DNA of 7,214 bases from a virus. Lineage: Duplodnaviria > Heunggongvirae > Uroviricota > Caudoviricetes. Numbering within the stretch: the stretch's first letter is position 1; each line of letters begins with the position of its first letter. The position numbers and the translations under genes are program-made. This document shows positions 6,251 through 7,214 of the stretch, in pieces. The DNA lies in IMG/VR virus record IMGVR_UViG_2695420427_000010. One strand, 5' to 3'. Below the pieces are notes generated by a model. It was not told where the DNA came from, did no database searches, and was given only the letters and a program-made list of their open reading frames with translations.

Positions 6251-6850
6251 TCAGATACGGTATCCGATACCAACAATAAATGCATCCGTTCGCCAGTCAC
6301 CACTACCGGAACCTTCATAAGCAAGGTCAATGGTCACGGATTCGGTCGGGTTAAACTGCACGCCAGCCCCCCACGCCAGAGACGTGTTGCTGTGGCGACC
6401 GTCATCACTTCCGGTCAGCACGTCGTGCGTTTTCCCCTTGTTGTCAGTTACGCGGAGATAATCCCCGGAGAAAGTCGACACACGGCTGTAAGCCACGCCT
6501 GCCATCGCATACGCGCTGAACCATTCATTCACGCGTACAGACGGCCCCGCCATCACGCTGAACCAGCGGTTACGCACGGAATCTTCATGCCAGCGGGTAT
6601 CGCTGTAGTGCGTTTTTTGCTCATCCTCAGCATTGGCATAACTGAAGGACGTAATCAGCCCCAGCGCGTCCGTAAACTCATAACGGTATTTCACGTTAAT
6701 CCCGTTCAGATTATCGCTGCCGGGAGCGTTCGTACGGGCATGAAGATACCCCGCGCTCAGTGTGGACTGATGTTCAGACGCCCATGCAGGCGCACCGGAT
6801 ACGGACAGACAGATGGCTGCGGACAAAATGGCTGCACAAACTTTACGCAT
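6251..6850 (-). CDS. lom: Lom outer-membrane protein (Ail/OmpX/PagC family beta-barrel)
   Basis: 199-codon ORF with a signal-peptide-like N-terminus (MRKVCAAILSAAICLSVSGAPAWA) and a C-terminal aromatic residue. The sequence is recognisably lambda Lom, and its position between J and stf matches lambda. GAGAGG ribosome-binding site. Confidence 0.9.
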   Translation of the reverse strand: MRKVCAAILSAAICLSVSGAPAWASEHQSTLSAGYLHARTNAPGSDNLNGINVKYRYEFTDALGLITSFSYANAEDEQKTHYSDTRWHEDSVRNRWFSVMAGPSVRVNEWFSAYAMAGVAYSRVSTFSGDYLRVTDNKGKTHDVLTGSDDGRHSNTSLAWGAGVQFNPTESVTIDLAYEGSGSGDWRTDAFIVGIGYRI

Positions 6851-6871
6851 AATTACCTCTCGCTTTTCTGC

Positions 6872-6898
6872 AATAAAAAAGGCGCCATTTCTGGCGCC
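6872..6898 (-). terminator. Intrinsic terminator between J and lom
   Basis: Minus-strand RNA: stem GGCGCCA / TGGCGCC with a 4-nt loop followed by TTTTTTATT. Confidence 0.6.
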
Positions 6899-6917
6899 CG
6901 TATATGGGTTATAAAAT

Positions 6918-7214
6918 TCAGCTGATACTGATGCCTGCGGTGGCTTTCTTCATCACCACAACCAGCAAATCGCTGATACTTGCTGTGGGATACCAGTCAT
7001 TTACCAGCCATGATGACACCGAAAACTCCAGCGTCATGTGGCCGCGACCAGCTGGCATATCAATAACACCACTGTAAATCAGCGTATTATCCAGCGCGGT
7101 ACGGTTATAAATTTCAGCACCGTTTTTCCGTACTATCAGGCGGCATGACGAATAAATATCGTTATTCTCCCGCTCATGTTTAGCGCCGCTGAATGCCACC
7201 GCCGGAATAACAAT
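6918..7214 (-). CDS. J: Tail tip host-specificity protein J, C-terminal end (partial, continues beyond the window end)
   Basis: The ORF is open to the window edge and ends 68 nt upstream of lom, separated by a terminator. Synteny J-lom-stf is that of lambda. Assignment rests mainly on position and recalled similarity of the C-terminus; not verified. Confidence 0.65.
   Translation of the reverse strand: MVIPAVAFSGAKHERENNDIYSSCRLIVRKNGAEIYNRTALDNTLIYSGVIDMPAGRGHMTLEFSVSSWLVNDWYPTASISDLLVVVMKKATAGISIS

Noticed and set aside
6248-6925. 225-codon plus-strand ORF antisense to lom
   Set aside because: It overlaps lom completely and spans the J-lom terminator. lom is recognisable and has a ribosome-binding site; the antisense frame has neither.
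1-7214. CRISPR array, tRNA or rRNA genes, or an IS element / transposase
   Set aside because: No regularly spaced direct repeats, no cloverleaf-like or rRNA-like segments, and no transposase-like ORF. The only recombinase is the serine invertase remnant.

Overview
This window is the tail-fibre end of a lambda-like prophage late region joined to a Gin/Pin/Hin-type DNA-inversion module; all calls are by eye and from recalled family knowledge, with no database search. On the minus strand the order is J (3' end, partial), lom, then stf (side tail fibre), each followed or preceded by hairpin plus T-tract terminators. The stf constant region (4237..6099) runs into a gix/pix-like 26-bp crossover site (4231..4256) and is fused there, in frame, to a class I SAM-dependent methyltransferase-like domain (3589..4236) instead of a fibre tip. 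On the plus strand the window opens inside a second, inverted copy of the last 229 bp of the stf constant region (228/229 identical), followed by a canonical Mu G-segment/e14 P-segment-like module: crossover site (209..234), tip cassette C1 plus Tfa1, convergent Tfa2 plus tip cassette C2 (interrupted by one in-frame amber codon), second crossover site (3125..3150), and a pin-family invertase gene. That invertase is a pseudogene: about 60 N-terminal codons are intact, then stop codons and decay, and its 3' end is displaced by the methyltransferase domain. The three sites share the same core dinucleotide, so the locus looks like a multi-site tail-fibre shuffling switch in which one alternative C-terminus is an enzyme domain and the resident invertase is dead. 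No tRNA, rRNA, CRISPR or transposase was seen.
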